Source: Pseudomonadota bacterium (lineage in GTDB: Bacteria > Pseudomonadota > Gammaproteobacteria > Burkholderiales > Burkholderiaceae_C). Taken from it: a stretch of 64,000 bases of DNA. Within the stretch, counting starts at the first letter, position 1. Every line of letters begins with the position of its first letter. The notes under the pieces were generated by a model. The model did not search any database, was not told the origin of the DNA, and was given only the letters and a program-made list of their open reading frames with translations. Position numbers and translations under genes: made by a program. This document shows positions 20,819 to 29,434 of the stretch, piece by piece. The stretch is taken from the NCBI GenBank assembly GCA_020161215.1, contig JAIUOM010000001.1:23170-87169 (forward strand). The letters run 5' to 3'.

Positions 20819-20848
20819 AATAAAAACGACGCTTATTGGACAACCCGG
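20819..20848 (+). promoter_or_regulatory. Phage RNAP promoter candidate, copy 1 (29/30 match)
   Basis: aataaaaacgacGcttattggacaacccgg. The other three copies are identical 30-mers. It has an ACGAC core and an AT-rich block before GG, resembling T7-class promoters. Confidence 0.6.
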
Positions 20849-20960
20849 CTTCGGGGGTCCCGTAACGACACGTTCATGAGTTTTTCAGGCGACTTCAGGC
20901 CACCCAGGCTGAAGGTGAAGTGAAAAAGTTGATGAAGGCTATCCCCGTCAACCCCCCTAC

Positions 20961-20992
20961 AGGTCCCAGTAGGTCCCCAGTAGGTCAACTAT
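20961..20992 (+). repeat. Three tandem 10-11 bp units (AGGTCCCAGT / AGGTCCCCAGT / AGGTCAACTAT) in the RNAP gene leader
   Basis: Read directly: aggtcccagtaggtccccagtaggtcaactat, followed by aggagtg (the RBS). Confidence 0.6.
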
Positions 20993-21007
20993 AGGAGTGT
21001 CCACATA

Positions 21008-23584
21008 GTGTCGGTTTTATCCCTTAAGGGCGGTGACGCCTTTTCTATTTACTTTGATTCTCTCGATCCCGAGATGGTCTCGGAACAGCTACGGATCGAA
21101 CAGGAAATCATGGAACGCGGGATAGATTCGTATTACCGCAACCTGGAGTCAGCTCGCCAGCGTGAGCAGGAGAACAGCACGAGCTTCGGCACCGCCTTGA
21201 TGAAGCGGTTCAATGCTGTGGTCGCGGATCGCATCGAAGAATTCCTCCGCTCCTTGGATACGGGCAAGCCCGGCAAGCGACACGCCTCCGCAAAGCACTT
21301 GCGGAAGATCAACCCCCGCAAGGCGGCATACCTCGCTCTCCTGGGATGCGTGGCTGGCATCCGATCAACTCGCCACCTCACTTCGGTGGCCTCTGTGGTT
21401 GGCCGAATGGTGGACGACGAGATGCGCCTGGAGGAGCTGAGAGAAAAGGACGCCAAGGAGGCGGGCAAGCTCGTGAAAAACGCCACGGAGCGGGTGTCGC
21501 ACCAGTTCCGCCGCACTTTTGTTCACCGCCACCTCAAGGGCGTCGTTGACGAGCTGCCGGCGCATGAGCGGGTCCACATCGGACTAGCCCTGATCGACTT
21601 CGTTATCGAGACCACGGGGCTGTTCCACGTTCAAGCCGCACGGGGCCGGAAAGGTAAGACGTACAACGAGTTGCTGCCGACACAAGCCGCCCTGGATTGG
21701 ATCGACCGACGCAACGCGGCAACCGAGGCCCTGCGCCCACAGCACGAGCCGATGGTGGTCCCGCCTATGCCTTGGTCGCCGGAGGAGTTCGGGGGCTATT
21801 TAACCTACGCCAAGCGGCCCTACCCGCTCGTGAAAACCCGCAACCAGGGGTTCCTCGCCGAGCTGCCCAACTACGAGATGCCTGTGATCTACGAGGCCAT
21901 CAACAACGTCCAGAACACGGGGTGGCAAGTGAACAACCGCGTCCTGGAAGTGATGAATAGCATGTGGGATGAGGACATTGCCGAGGCGGGTCTGCCCCAC
22001 CGTGGTGGCGTTCCTATCCCCCCAAAGCCGGCTGACATCGCAAGCAACGAGGAGTCCCGCAGGAGCTGGCGCCGCCGCGCTGCCGTCGCCTGGGCCGCAA
22101 ACAAGAGCCTGAGCGGCGAGCGCATCGCCACCAACTTGATGCTGGGCACCGCCAACAGGTTCGCCAAGTACCCGGCAATCTACTTCCCCTACCAGTACGA
22201 CTACCGTGGGCGCCTCTACTCTGTCCCCTCTGGACTATCCCCGCAAGGCGCTGACCCCGCCAAGGGCCTCCTCAGGTTCGCCGAGGGGAAGCCTTTGGGG
22301 GAGCGCGGGGCCTTCTGGCTGGCCTACCAAGGGGCCAACCTCGCCGGCAACGACAAGGTGACCTTCGAGGAGCGTGTGCAATGGGTCTGGGATAACGATG
22401 AGGCCATCCGGGCATGCGCCGCTGATCCGATGAACAACCGGGGCTGGTGCCGAGCCATTGGCGAAATCGCTATCGACTCCCCCTGGCAGTTCCTGGCGTT
22501 CTGTTTCGAGTGGAACGATTACCGGGCGGACCCGGACGGCTTCGTGTCGCACCTGTCGGTGGCAATGGACGGCTCGTGTTCGGGAATCCAACACTTCAGC
22601 GCCATGCTGCGAGACCCCAGCGGCGCCCGCGCTGTGAACCTCACCCCTGAGGAGCGGCCCCAGGACGTGTACCGGATCGTGGCGGACGCCGTGAGTGCCG
22701 AGCTGCGCCGAGACCTGGAACATGGCACCGAGGACAGTCTAAGCCACACCAAGGATGGCGCGGCTGTGGTGATTCAGGGCACCAAGACCCTCGCCGCTCA
22801 GTGGCTGGAGTTCGGGGTGACACGCAAGGTGACCAAGCGCCCGGTGATGACGCTCGCCTACGGGTCGAAAGAGTACGGGTTCACCGACCAGCTCCTTGAC
22901 GACATCCTGGACCCGGCCCTGGCCCACGCCACAGGCCCTGATGGGAGCATCGACAAGGACCTCTACCCGTTCACCGGGGACAAGAACGCGACTGCCCGCT
23001 ACCTCGCCAAGAAAATCTGGGCTTCGGTCACGGAGACCCTGGTGGCGGCAACCTCAGCGATGAAGTGGCTCCAGTCGGTGGCTAACCGGGTCGCCAAGGA
23101 GAACATCCCGGCCCGCTGGGAGAACGCCGTGGGCTTCCCAGTGATGCAGGCGTACCCGGACATGCGTACACGCCGAGTAACGACCAGCCTGCACGGTGGT
23201 CTCACCCTGCCGCTGCTGGAACCGAGCAAGGACGGCGGGCTGAACGTGCGGAAGATGGAGGACGGCATTGCGCCGAACTTCGTCCACTCCTGCGATGCCG
23301 CTCACCTGACCCTCACTGTGGTCCGGGGCGAGGAGTCCGGGGTTACCTCGTTCGCCGTGGTCCATGACTCGTTCGGGACCCACGCCTGCGACATGGACGT
23401 GTATTTCAAGGCGGTCCGCGAGGCGTTCGTGGAAATCTACGGGGGGATAAACGTGCTTGGCAATTTCCAGGACTCAATGGCTGAGTTGGTCGCCCCGGAG
23501 GTGGCGGCGAAGTTCCCGCCGATACCGCCCGTTGGCTCTCTGGACCTAGAGGCCGTCAAGGCGAGCAGGTATTGCTTTGCCTGA
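21008..23584 (+). CDS. T7-type single-subunit DNA-directed RNA polymerase
   Basis: DGSCSGIQHFSAMLRD, TKRPVMTLAYGSKEYGF, GIAPNFVHSCDAAHL, FAVVHDSFGTH and the C-terminal YCFA align with T7 RNAP motifs. GTG start with GGAG 12 nt upstream. Confidence 0.9.
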   Translation: MSVLSLKGGDAFSIYFDSLDPEMVSEQLRIEQEIMERGIDSYYRNLESARQREQENSTSFGTALMKRFNAVVADRIEEFLRSLDTGKPGKRHASAKHLRKINPRKAAYLALLGCVAGIRSTRHLTSVASVVGRMVDDEMRLEELREKDAKEAGKLVKNATERVSHQFRRTFVHRHLKGVVDELPAHERVHIGLALIDFVIETTGLFHVQAARGRKGKTYNELLPTQAALDWIDRRNAATEALRPQHEPMVVPPMPWSPEEFGGYLTYAKRPYPLVKTRNQGFLAELPNYEMPVIYEAINNVQNTGWQVNNRVLEVMNSMWDEDIAEAGLPHRGGVPIPPKPADIASNEESRRSWRRRAAVAWAANKSLSGERIATNLMLGTANRFAKYPAIYFPYQYDYRGRLYSVPSGLSPQGADPAKGLLRFAEGKPLGERGAFWLAYQGANLAGNDKVTFEERVQWVWDNDEAIRACAADPMNNRGWCRAIGEIAIDSPWQFLAFCFEWNDYRADPDGFVSHLSVAMDGSCSGIQHFSAMLRDPSGARAVNLTPEERPQDVYRIVADAVSAELRRDLEHGTEDSLSHTKDGAAVVIQGTKTLAAQWLEFGVTRKVTKRPVMTLAYGSKEYGFTDQLLDDILDPALAHATGPDGSIDKDLYPFTGDKNATARYLAKKIWASVTETLVAATSAMKWLQSVANRVAKENIPARWENAVGFPVMQAYPDMRTRRVTTSLHGGLTLPLLEPSKDGGLNVRKMEDGIAPNFVHSCDAAHLTLTVVRGEESGVTSFAVVHDSFGTHACDMDVYFKAVREAFVEIYGGINVLGNFQDSMAELVAPEVAAKFPPIPPVGSLDLEAVKASRYCFA
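21061..21074. promoter_or_regulatory. Palindromic operator-type site TCTCG-ATCC-CGAGA inside the 5' end of the RNAP gene
   Basis: Perfect 5-bp arms; belongs to the TCTCG-N4-CGAGA family (see findings). Confidence 0.45.
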
Positions 23585-23588
23585 ACAC

Positions 23589-23602
23589 TCTCGCAATCGT
23601 GA
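23589..23602. promoter_or_regulatory. Operator-like site TCTCG-CAAT-CGTGA (1 arm mismatch)
   Basis: Lies just after the RNAP stop and before promoter copy 2. Confidence 0.3.
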
Positions 23603-23624
23603 CCATCCCTACTCCGGGATTTTC

Positions 23625-23654
23625 AATAAAAACGACCCTTATTGGACAACCCGG
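23625..23654 (+). promoter_or_regulatory. Phage RNAP promoter candidate, copy 2
   Basis: aataaaaacgacccttattggacaacccgg, identical to copies 3 and 4. Confidence 0.6.
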
Positions 23655-23696
23655 CGTCTTCGTCAGGTGTCCTCCTCACCCAACCAAAGGATCACC

Positions 23697-23891
23697 ATGG
23701 CATTCGACTACTCCGTCCCTTCCATTGATACACCCCCGATGGGCGCTGACCACCCGTCCGCGTTCGCCATCCAGACCCGCCGCGCCATCACGCTGGCGAG
23801 CGAGGGGCGTCCCATCCCTGTGGACCTGCGGACCGAACTGATGGAAGCCGGCATCGACGCGGATGCCATCGAGAACACTTTCGGCGCCTGA
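23697..23891 (+). CDS. Hypothetical small acidic protein (64 aa)
   Basis: ATG at 23697 after AAAGGA; first ORF after promoter copy 2. Confidence 0.5.
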   Translation: MAFDYSVPSIDTPPMGADHPSAFAIQTRRAITLASEGRPIPVDLRTELMEAGIDADAIENTFGA

Positions 23892-23904
23892 AGGAGGACC
23901 GCCG

Positions 23905-24204
23905 ATGCAACTTCTGTCGTTCGATCCCAAAGATATCCCGGAAGCCTGCCGACAAGCCGCCGAGAGCACCCTCCCTGGTGCCTGCTTCACCGCAGCGTTC
24001 ACGTTCAGCCCCCCCGAGTGGGCGTCCGTAATGAGGGGCTTAGAGATGCGCGAGCAAGGCGGGGCCATCGGAAAGCCCACGGCCAAACACCGTGTCCACC
24101 GCACGGTCATCGGTAGCCACGGATACCAGGAAACCCTAGTTGCCCGCCACACGCTGTACGGCATCCCGGTGTTCATCACCCCTGATCCCATCACCTGGGT
24201 GTAA
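23905..24204 (+). CDS. Hypothetical protein (99 aa)
   Basis: AAGGAGGA RBS before the ATG at 23905. Confidence 0.5.
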   Translation: MQLLSFDPKDIPEACRQAAESTLPGACFTAAFTFSPPEWASVMRGLEMREQGGAIGKPTAKHRVHRTVIGSHGYQETLVARHTLYGIPVFITPDPITWV

Positions 24205-24227
24205 CGACCCAGCACACAAACCTGAAG

Positions 24228-24251
24228 GCACCTACGAGGTGCTTTTCTTTT
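24228..24251 (+). terminator. Hairpin-TTTTCTTTT element
   Basis: gcacct-acg-aggtgc followed by ttttctttt. Confidence 0.45.
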
Positions 24252-24267
24252 CCCCTGAAAGAGCCCT

Positions 24268-24969
24268 ATGAGCAAAGATACCAAGAAGCGAGCACTGGAA
24301 TTCACCTCCCCCCGAGGCGTGTTCGTCTACCCGTCCCTGGACAAGCCCGACTTCGGGACCAAGGCGTTTCCGAAACCGGATGGTGAGTACAAGGTCACCC
24401 TGAAGCTGCCCGAAGCGGACGCTGAAAAGTTCATCAGCGAGAAGCTGGGTGGCCTGATCGAAGAAGCCCGTGAAGAAGCAAGCCGCGCCTTCAAAGAGCT
24501 GCCGATTGCTCAACGCAAGAAGCTGAAGGAGGTGACCTTCAACGACGTGGGCGCCCCTGAGTACGACAAGGAGACCGAGGAGCCCACGGGCTACGTCCTC
24601 ATCAAGATCGCCATGAGAGCCGGCGGCGTGCGCAAGGACAAGAGCACCTGGAACCAGCGCCCGGCCGTGTTTGACGCCCGAGGCGTGGCCCTCAAAAAGG
24701 TGCCTGAGATTTGGGGTGGCAGCGAGGGTCGCCTATCGTTCACGGCCAACCCGTACTTCATCCCCGGCACGGGTGCGGCTGGTGTCTCGCTGCGCCTGAA
24801 GGCGGCTCAGGTCATCAAGCTCGTCCAGGGTGGTCAGCGAGACGCTGGTGGCTTCGGATTTGCGCCGGAGGACGACGGCTTCGACAGCTCCGAATTCGAG
24901 GCCGCAGGCGACGATGCTGTGTCCGATGCGGCTGTGCCCGCTGACACCGCAGGTGACGAGGACTTCTGA
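24268..24969 (+). CDS. Single-stranded DNA-binding protein, T7 gp2.5-like
   Basis: 233 aa. The N-terminus RGVFVYPSLDKPD and an acidic C-terminal tail ending ...AGDEDF (terminal Phe, as in gp2.5); located between RNAP and endonuclease I. Confidence 0.75.
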   Translation: MSKDTKKRALEFTSPRGVFVYPSLDKPDFGTKAFPKPDGEYKVTLKLPEADAEKFISEKLGGLIEEAREEASRAFKELPIAQRKKLKEVTFNDVGAPEYDKETEEPTGYVLIKIAMRAGGVRKDKSTWNQRPAVFDARGVALKKVPEIWGGSEGRLSFTANPYFIPGTGAAGVSLRLKAAQVIKLVQGGQRDAGGFGFAPEDDGFDSSEFEAAGDDAVSDAAVPADTAGDEDF

Positions 24970-25403
24970 TGACAGCTCCCCGCCGCGCGGCTGGGGGGAA
25001 GGCAATCAAGCGGATCACCGCTTACCGGAGCGGGCTGGAAGCAAAGCTCGCAGCTCAACTGGCATCTATCGGTGTTGAAGTCCTGTACGAGGACAAGGGG
25101 TCAGTCATCAAGTATGAGACCCCCGCCGAAAACCACAGGTACACGCCGGACTTCGTTCTCCCCAACGGAATCGTCATTGAATCCAAGGGAATTTTCGATT
25201 CGGCCGACCGCAAGAAGCATCTCCTCATCCGCGCCCAGCACCCAGACATCGACATCCGCTTCGTTTTCTCACGGAGCAAAGCGCCCATCTACAAGGGCTC
25301 CCCTACCAGCTATGCCGCGTGGTGCGCGAAGCACGGCTTTCAGTACACCGACCGGCTAATCCCCCCGGCGTGGCTGGACGAACCCAGAAAGGAAAACACA
25401 TGA
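24969..25403 (+). CDS. Endonuclease I (T7 gp3-like Holliday-junction resolvase)
   Basis: YRSGLEAKLAAQL...HRYTPDFVLPNGIVIESKG...DRKKHLLIRAQHPDIDIRFVF...YKGSPTSY is nearly colinear with T7 gp3. Confidence 0.9.
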   Translation: MTAPRRAAGGKAIKRITAYRSGLEAKLAAQLASIGVEVLYEDKGSVIKYETPAENHRYTPDFVLPNGIVIESKGIFDSADRKKHLLIRAQHPDIDIRFVFSRSKAPIYKGSPTSYAAWCAKHGFQYTDRLIPPAWLDEPRKENT

Positions 25404-25852
25404 GCACCGTAGCCGGACTCAAAAAACGCCCCCGCACGGACTACCTCGTGGTCCATGCGAGCGCCACCCGACCCTCCCAAGACATCGGAGCACGAACCAT
25501 CGACCGCTGGCATCGCGGCAGAGGCTGGGCCTGCATCGGTTATCACTTCGTTATCCGCCGAGACGGCACCGTTGAAGAAGGGCGCGGCCAGGACTTGATT
25601 GGTGCACACGTCTACGGCCACAACGCCACCAGCCTGGGCATCTGCTTGGCTGGCGGGGTAGCCGAGAAAGATGGCAAGACCGCCGAGAACAACTACACGC
25701 CGGAGCAGATGGTGACCCTAGTGGCGCTCCTCAAGGACCTCTCCAAGCAGTACCGTGGGGCCGTCATCCAGGGTCACCGCGACTTCAAAGGAGTCAAGAA
25801 GGATTGCCCCTGCTTTGATGTGCGCAAATGGTGGAAGGAGGTGAATACCTGA
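25400..25852 (+). CDS. N-acetylmuramoyl-L-alanine amidase (T7 lysozyme gp3.5-like)
   Basis: 150 aa. DYLVVHASAT...IGYHFVIRRDGTVEEGR...GHRDF...CPCFDV. ATGA overlap with the endonuclease stop. Confidence 0.9.
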   Translation: MSTVAGLKKRPRTDYLVVHASATRPSQDIGARTIDRWHRGRGWACIGYHFVIRRDGTVEEGRGQDLIGAHVYGHNATSLGICLAGGVAEKDGKTAENNYTPEQMVTLVALLKDLSKQYRGAVIQGHRDFKGVKKDCPCFDVRKWWKEVNT

Positions 25853-25858
25853 GGGGGA

Positions 25859-26269
25859 CTACATCTTCTCCAGCGGGGGGCAGCCGTTGAGTTCACGGAC
25901 AACTTCCCGCGCCACGTCGAGGTAACTCATTTGACGTTTGATCCGGTGGTCAATGATGGCGGCGCCGAACAGTCGGTACGGATCAGTTATCGACCCAATC
26001 TGAGTCATCTCGCAGCCGTGGTCGAACTCCAGGTCCCGCGCTGCCCTGATGTACCCCTGACAAGTGCCTGCCCCCATCGCATCGCTTAGCGTTGCTGAGC
26101 GTTGCTTGTGCTCAAGTAAGCGGACCACGAGAAAGCAGCCCTCAGCAACGCTATCGGCTGGTTTCGCCGGGACTATCTTCGGAATAAGACCCTCAGGGAC
26201 AGGGGTCTTGGCGTGTACGGGCACCTGAAAAACGGCCACCAGAGCGGCCAATAACAACAACTTTTTCAT
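25859..26269 (-). CDS. Secreted/periplasmic hypothetical protein (136 aa); the only antisense gene in the prophage (moron)
   Basis: MKKLLLLAALVAVFQVPVHA signal peptide and four Cys. TATAGT -10-like hexamer 6 nt upstream of the ATG on the minus strand. The ORF-track start at 26389 is probably too long. Confidence 0.6.
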   Translation of the reverse strand: MKKLLLLAALVAVFQVPVHAKTPVPEGLIPKIVPAKPADSVAEGCFLVVRLLEHKQRSATLSDAMGAGTCQGYIRAARDLEFDHGCEMTQIGSITDPYRLFGAAIIDHRIKRQMSYLDVAREVVRELNGCPPLEKM

Positions 26270-26354
26270 CGTCCAACTATAGAACATCGACCCCACCAAC
26301 CGACTCGCCGCACGTCCTGACCTCTGATGCTGCGGCGCAGCCACCAACCAACAC

Positions 26355-26378
26355 AGCCCCGCAAGGGGCTTTTCTTTT
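26355..26378 (+). terminator. Hairpin-TTTCTTTT element
   Basis: agcccc-gcaa-ggggct followed by tttctttt. Confidence 0.45.
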
Positions 26379-26381
26379 GCC

Positions 26382-26714
26382 ATGAACAAGCCTTCTCTGT
26401 TTGAAGCCGAGGCCCGAGCGCGGTTCTTCCGAACTATCCGGGAAATCGAGCTTCCCCGTCTCCTAGGGGACGCCGGTATCGACTACCGATACACGCCTTG
26501 GGGCTACGAGTTCCAAATCGTTGTCGTAGGCCCTTGCAATGTCTCCGGGGAACTGGAGACGCACCGGGGCCGTTGGTGGGCCTGGGACTTTGAGGACAGC
26601 GTGCACGCCCTGCTGCGCTCTGTATTCCTGGCCGTCAAGGTGTTTGCCGAGCACGAGCTGGCCGAGCAGTTCCAGTTCAGTGGCAAGGCACTGTTCTTCC
26701 CCAGCCATGGCTGA
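26382..26714 (+). CDS. Hypothetical protein (110 aa)
   Basis: ORF immediately upstream of the primase-helicase and overlapping its start. Confidence 0.5.
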   Translation: MNKPSLFEAEARARFFRTIREIELPRLLGDAGIDYRYTPWGYEFQIVVVGPCNVSGELETHRGRWWAWDFEDSVHALLRSVFLAVKVFAEHELAEQFQFSGKALFFPSHG

Positions 26715-28314
26715 CGAGTCCCACTTCATCCGCCACACCTCATGCACCGCCTGCGGGAGCCGGGACGCCAACAGCCTGTACTCGGACGGGCACACCCACT
26801 GCTTTGCTTGTGAGAACTACGTTCCAGGCGACGGCAGCGCACCCCCTCAAACCGCAAGGAGTAAACGAATGTCCAGCCTACTGACCGGGGAATACCGGGC
26901 GCTTCCCAAGCGCAAATTGACCGAGGAAACGTGCGCGAAATTCGGCTATTCGGTTGCCACACACAAAGGGGAAACCGTCCAAGTTGCGAACTACCGCGAC
27001 CAAGACGGAGACCTCGTAGCCCAGAAGGTCCGCACGGCAAGCAAGGACTTCAGCACCCTCGGGGACTTCTCTGAAGTAGCCCTGTTCGGTGCCCACCTGT
27101 GGTCAGGCGGGGGGCGCAAGATCGTCGTCACCGAGGGCGAGATTGATTGCCTAACCGTCTCGCAGGCGCAGAACAACAAGTGGCCTGTGGTCTCTGTTCC
27201 CAATGGGGCCTCTGCCGCCCTCAAGGCCATCAAGCGAAACCTCTCGTTCCTGGAAAAGTTCGAGGAGGTGATTTTCATGTTCGACCAGGACGACCCAGGT
27301 ATAGCCGCCGCTAAAGAATGCGCCGCCATTCTCCCGGTGGGCAGGGCCAAGATCGCCACTCTAGCCCTGAAAGACCCCAGTGAGCTGATGAAGGCCGGGC
27401 GCCAAGATGAAATAGTCTCAGCCATATGGAACGCCAAGGAGTACCGACCCGATGGGCTCCTGTCTTTCGAGGACGTTATCGAACGCATCAAGAAGCCCGT
27501 CGAGATGGGGCTCCCCTGGTGGGACGACCGCCTGACTGCCGCCACCTACGGGCGCCGCTACAAGGAGGTCTACACCTTCGGTGCCGGCACGGGGATCGGT
27601 AAGACCGACTGGCTCACCCAGCAGATCGCCTTCGATATGGCGCAGGGTATCCGTGTCGGTCTGGTGTTCCTGGAGACGCCTGTGGATGAGCTGGGCAAGC
27701 GCATCGCTGGCAAGTACATGGGCAAGCTGTTCCACGTCCCGGACGCCGAGTGGACCCAGGAGGAACTGGACCAGGGCTCCGAGTGGCTGATCGGCAAAGG
27801 ATGCGTGTATGACTCGTTCGGTCAAACCGACTGGGATGTTGTGAAAGGACACATCCGGTATATGGCTACAGCCCTGGACATCAAGGTGTTCTACCTCGAC
27901 CACCTCACGGCCCTGGCCGACACCACCGATGAGAAGGGCAGCCTGGAACAGATCATGAAGGAGCTGGCCGGGCTGGTCCACGAGCTGGGCCTCATCCTGC
28001 ACCTTGTGTCGCACCTGACGACCCCTGAGGGGAAGCCCCACGAGGAGGGAGGTCGCGTGATGATCCGGCACTTCAAGGGCTCCCGCTCCATCGGCTTCTG
28101 GTCCAACTTCATGTTCGGACTGGAGCGCAATCAGCAGACCGAGGACGAGAGCGAGCGCGGCGTGAGCCTGTTCCGTGTTCTGAAGGATCGCAACACGGGC
28201 CGCAGCACCGGCAAGACCCTGGGCCTTCTCTATTCCCACGGCGATGGCCGTCTCGCACCGCACGAGCAATTCGCCGATTCGCCCTTCAAAAACGAGACGG
28301 CACCGGACTTCTGA
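26707..28314 (+). CDS. Bifunctional DNA primase/helicase (T7 gp4-like)
   Basis: Zn finger CTAC-N17-CFAC, TOPRIM VVTEGEIDCLT, Walker A GAGTGIGKT, DnaB-type helicase C-terminus. Start set at MADESHFIRH. Confidence 0.9.
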   Translation: MADESHFIRHTSCTACGSRDANSLYSDGHTHCFACENYVPGDGSAPPQTARSKRMSSLLTGEYRALPKRKLTEETCAKFGYSVATHKGETVQVANYRDQDGDLVAQKVRTASKDFSTLGDFSEVALFGAHLWSGGGRKIVVTEGEIDCLTVSQAQNNKWPVVSVPNGASAALKAIKRNLSFLEKFEEVIFMFDQDDPGIAAAKECAAILPVGRAKIATLALKDPSELMKAGRQDEIVSAIWNAKEYRPDGLLSFEDVIERIKKPVEMGLPWWDDRLTAATYGRRYKEVYTFGAGTGIGKTDWLTQQIAFDMAQGIRVGLVFLETPVDELGKRIAGKYMGKLFHVPDAEWTQEELDQGSEWLIGKGCVYDSFGQTDWDVVKGHIRYMATALDIKVFYLDHLTALADTTDEKGSLEQIMKELAGLVHELGLILHLVSHLTTPEGKPHEEGGRVMIRHFKGSRSIGFWSNFMFGLERNQQTEDESERGVSLFRVLKDRNTGRSTGKTLGLLYSHGDGRLAPHEQFADSPFKNETAPDF

Positions 28315-28390
28315 CCACGCCGCCCAACGCCCCGCACGGCGCACTCCGGGACTTTTCTTTTAACTCAGCATTCAACAATAAGGAGGCCCT

Positions 28391-29041
28391 GTGGCCGCTG
28401 CAATTCAATACAACCCGAAAACCGTTTCCATCTTCGGTGACAGCTACACGTCCAACGCCTTTGTCAAAGACGCCGGCATAGCGTACTCACCCCTGAGCAG
28501 CATCGGTGCTGGCGGGCGGGGTTCGTTTCTGGTCCTGGATGACCGTTCGGTGGGTGGCTGTACCGCACAGCACGCGATGACCGACACCGGCCCGTGGCGC
28601 GACATCCTGACCGTGGGGGGACCCTTCGACTTCTCCGCCGCATACGACATTGCCGAGTACCAGATGTTCCGCTACGGCATCAACGAGGCCGTTGCGATGG
28701 CCTACGGTGTATATGTGTTCTCCTTGGAGGACTTTGAGTATTGCATCAACGCGATGGTGAGCATCAGCCAGGGCGTAGGCCGCAAGCCGCTCCTCTGTAC
28801 TCCCCCGGTACTGCCCGTGCGTGGCCTCATGACTCAGACATCGGTCAGTCGCCTGGATGACGTTCGCAACCGCATCCGCCGCGTTGCCACGCTGCGCAAT
28901 GTTCCCCTGGTCGAACTGGGCGATTGGACGTTCACGGCCCAGGACATGGCCGACGACTATCACCCGAGCGCCATCCTGATGAACGCACTGAATATGGACC
29001 TGGGCGGCCGCCTAGGGGAAATCATCAAGGGCGGCTACTGA
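28391..29041 (+). CDS. SGNH/GDSL-family hydrolase
   Basis: Block I FGDSYT near the N-terminus, GINE (GxND-like), block V DDYHPS. AAGGAGG RBS before the GTG at 28391. Confidence 0.6.
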   Translation: MAAAIQYNPKTVSIFGDSYTSNAFVKDAGIAYSPLSSIGAGGRGSFLVLDDRSVGGCTAQHAMTDTGPWRDILTVGGPFDFSAAYDIAEYQMFRYGINEAVAMAYGVYVFSLEDFEYCINAMVSISQGVGRKPLLCTPPVLPVRGLMTQTSVSRLDDVRNRIRRVATLRNVPLVELGDWTFTAQDMADDYHPSAILMNALNMDLGGRLGEIIKGGY

Positions 29042-29153
29042 TCTGCCCAGGGAGCCGCTGAAGGCTCTCCCCCCCTCCTCACCTCACAGACCCCGCTTGC
29101 GCCCACCTAGGGCCGGCGGGGTTTTCCATTTCCGATCAACAAGGACCTCCTCA

Positions 29154-29432
29154 ATGACCAAGCGTATTCCTGCCAACGTGCAAATTCCACCGATGGTGTG
29201 GAAGGACCTGACGCCCCAAGGCAAAGCGCTCCTGAGCTACCTCAACACCACGGGAAGCATCACCCAGCGCGATGCCATCCTGGACCTGGGCGTGCAGTCC
29301 CTGACCAAACGAATCCACGAGTTGCGTGCCTTCTACGTCATCGTCAGCGACACGCGCCGGCACAAGACCACCGGCCAGCGCTACGTCCGCTACTTCTTGA
29401 AGTCCCTGCGCGACCAATACCGGGAGTTCTGA
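29154..29432 (+). CDS. Small winged-helix/HTH DNA-binding protein (92 aa)
   Basis: LLSYLNTTGSITQRDAILDLGVQSLTKRIHELR resembles an HTH. It ends 2 nt before the GNAT gene. Confidence 0.5.
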   Translation: MTKRIPANVQIPPMVWKDLTPQGKALLSYLNTTGSITQRDAILDLGVQSLTKRIHELRAFYVIVSDTRRHKTTGQRYVRYFLKSLRDQYREF

Positions 29433-29434
29433 GC

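Noticed and set aside
20982-20998. GTCAACTATAGGAGTG, resembling the T7/SP6 promoter core (CACTATAGGGAGA); a second CAACTATAGAAC at 26274-26285.
   Set aside because: There are only two loose copies. The first overlaps the RNAP RBS and tandem repeats. The second is, on the other strand, the TATAGT -10-like element of the antisense moron. The four-copy 30-mer is a much better promoter candidate.
28325-28360. Another hairpin-TTTTCTTTT element after the primase-helicase gene.
   Set aside because: The T-tract (acttttcttttaac) is present, but I could only build a 4-bp stem upstream. That is too weak to list as a terminator.
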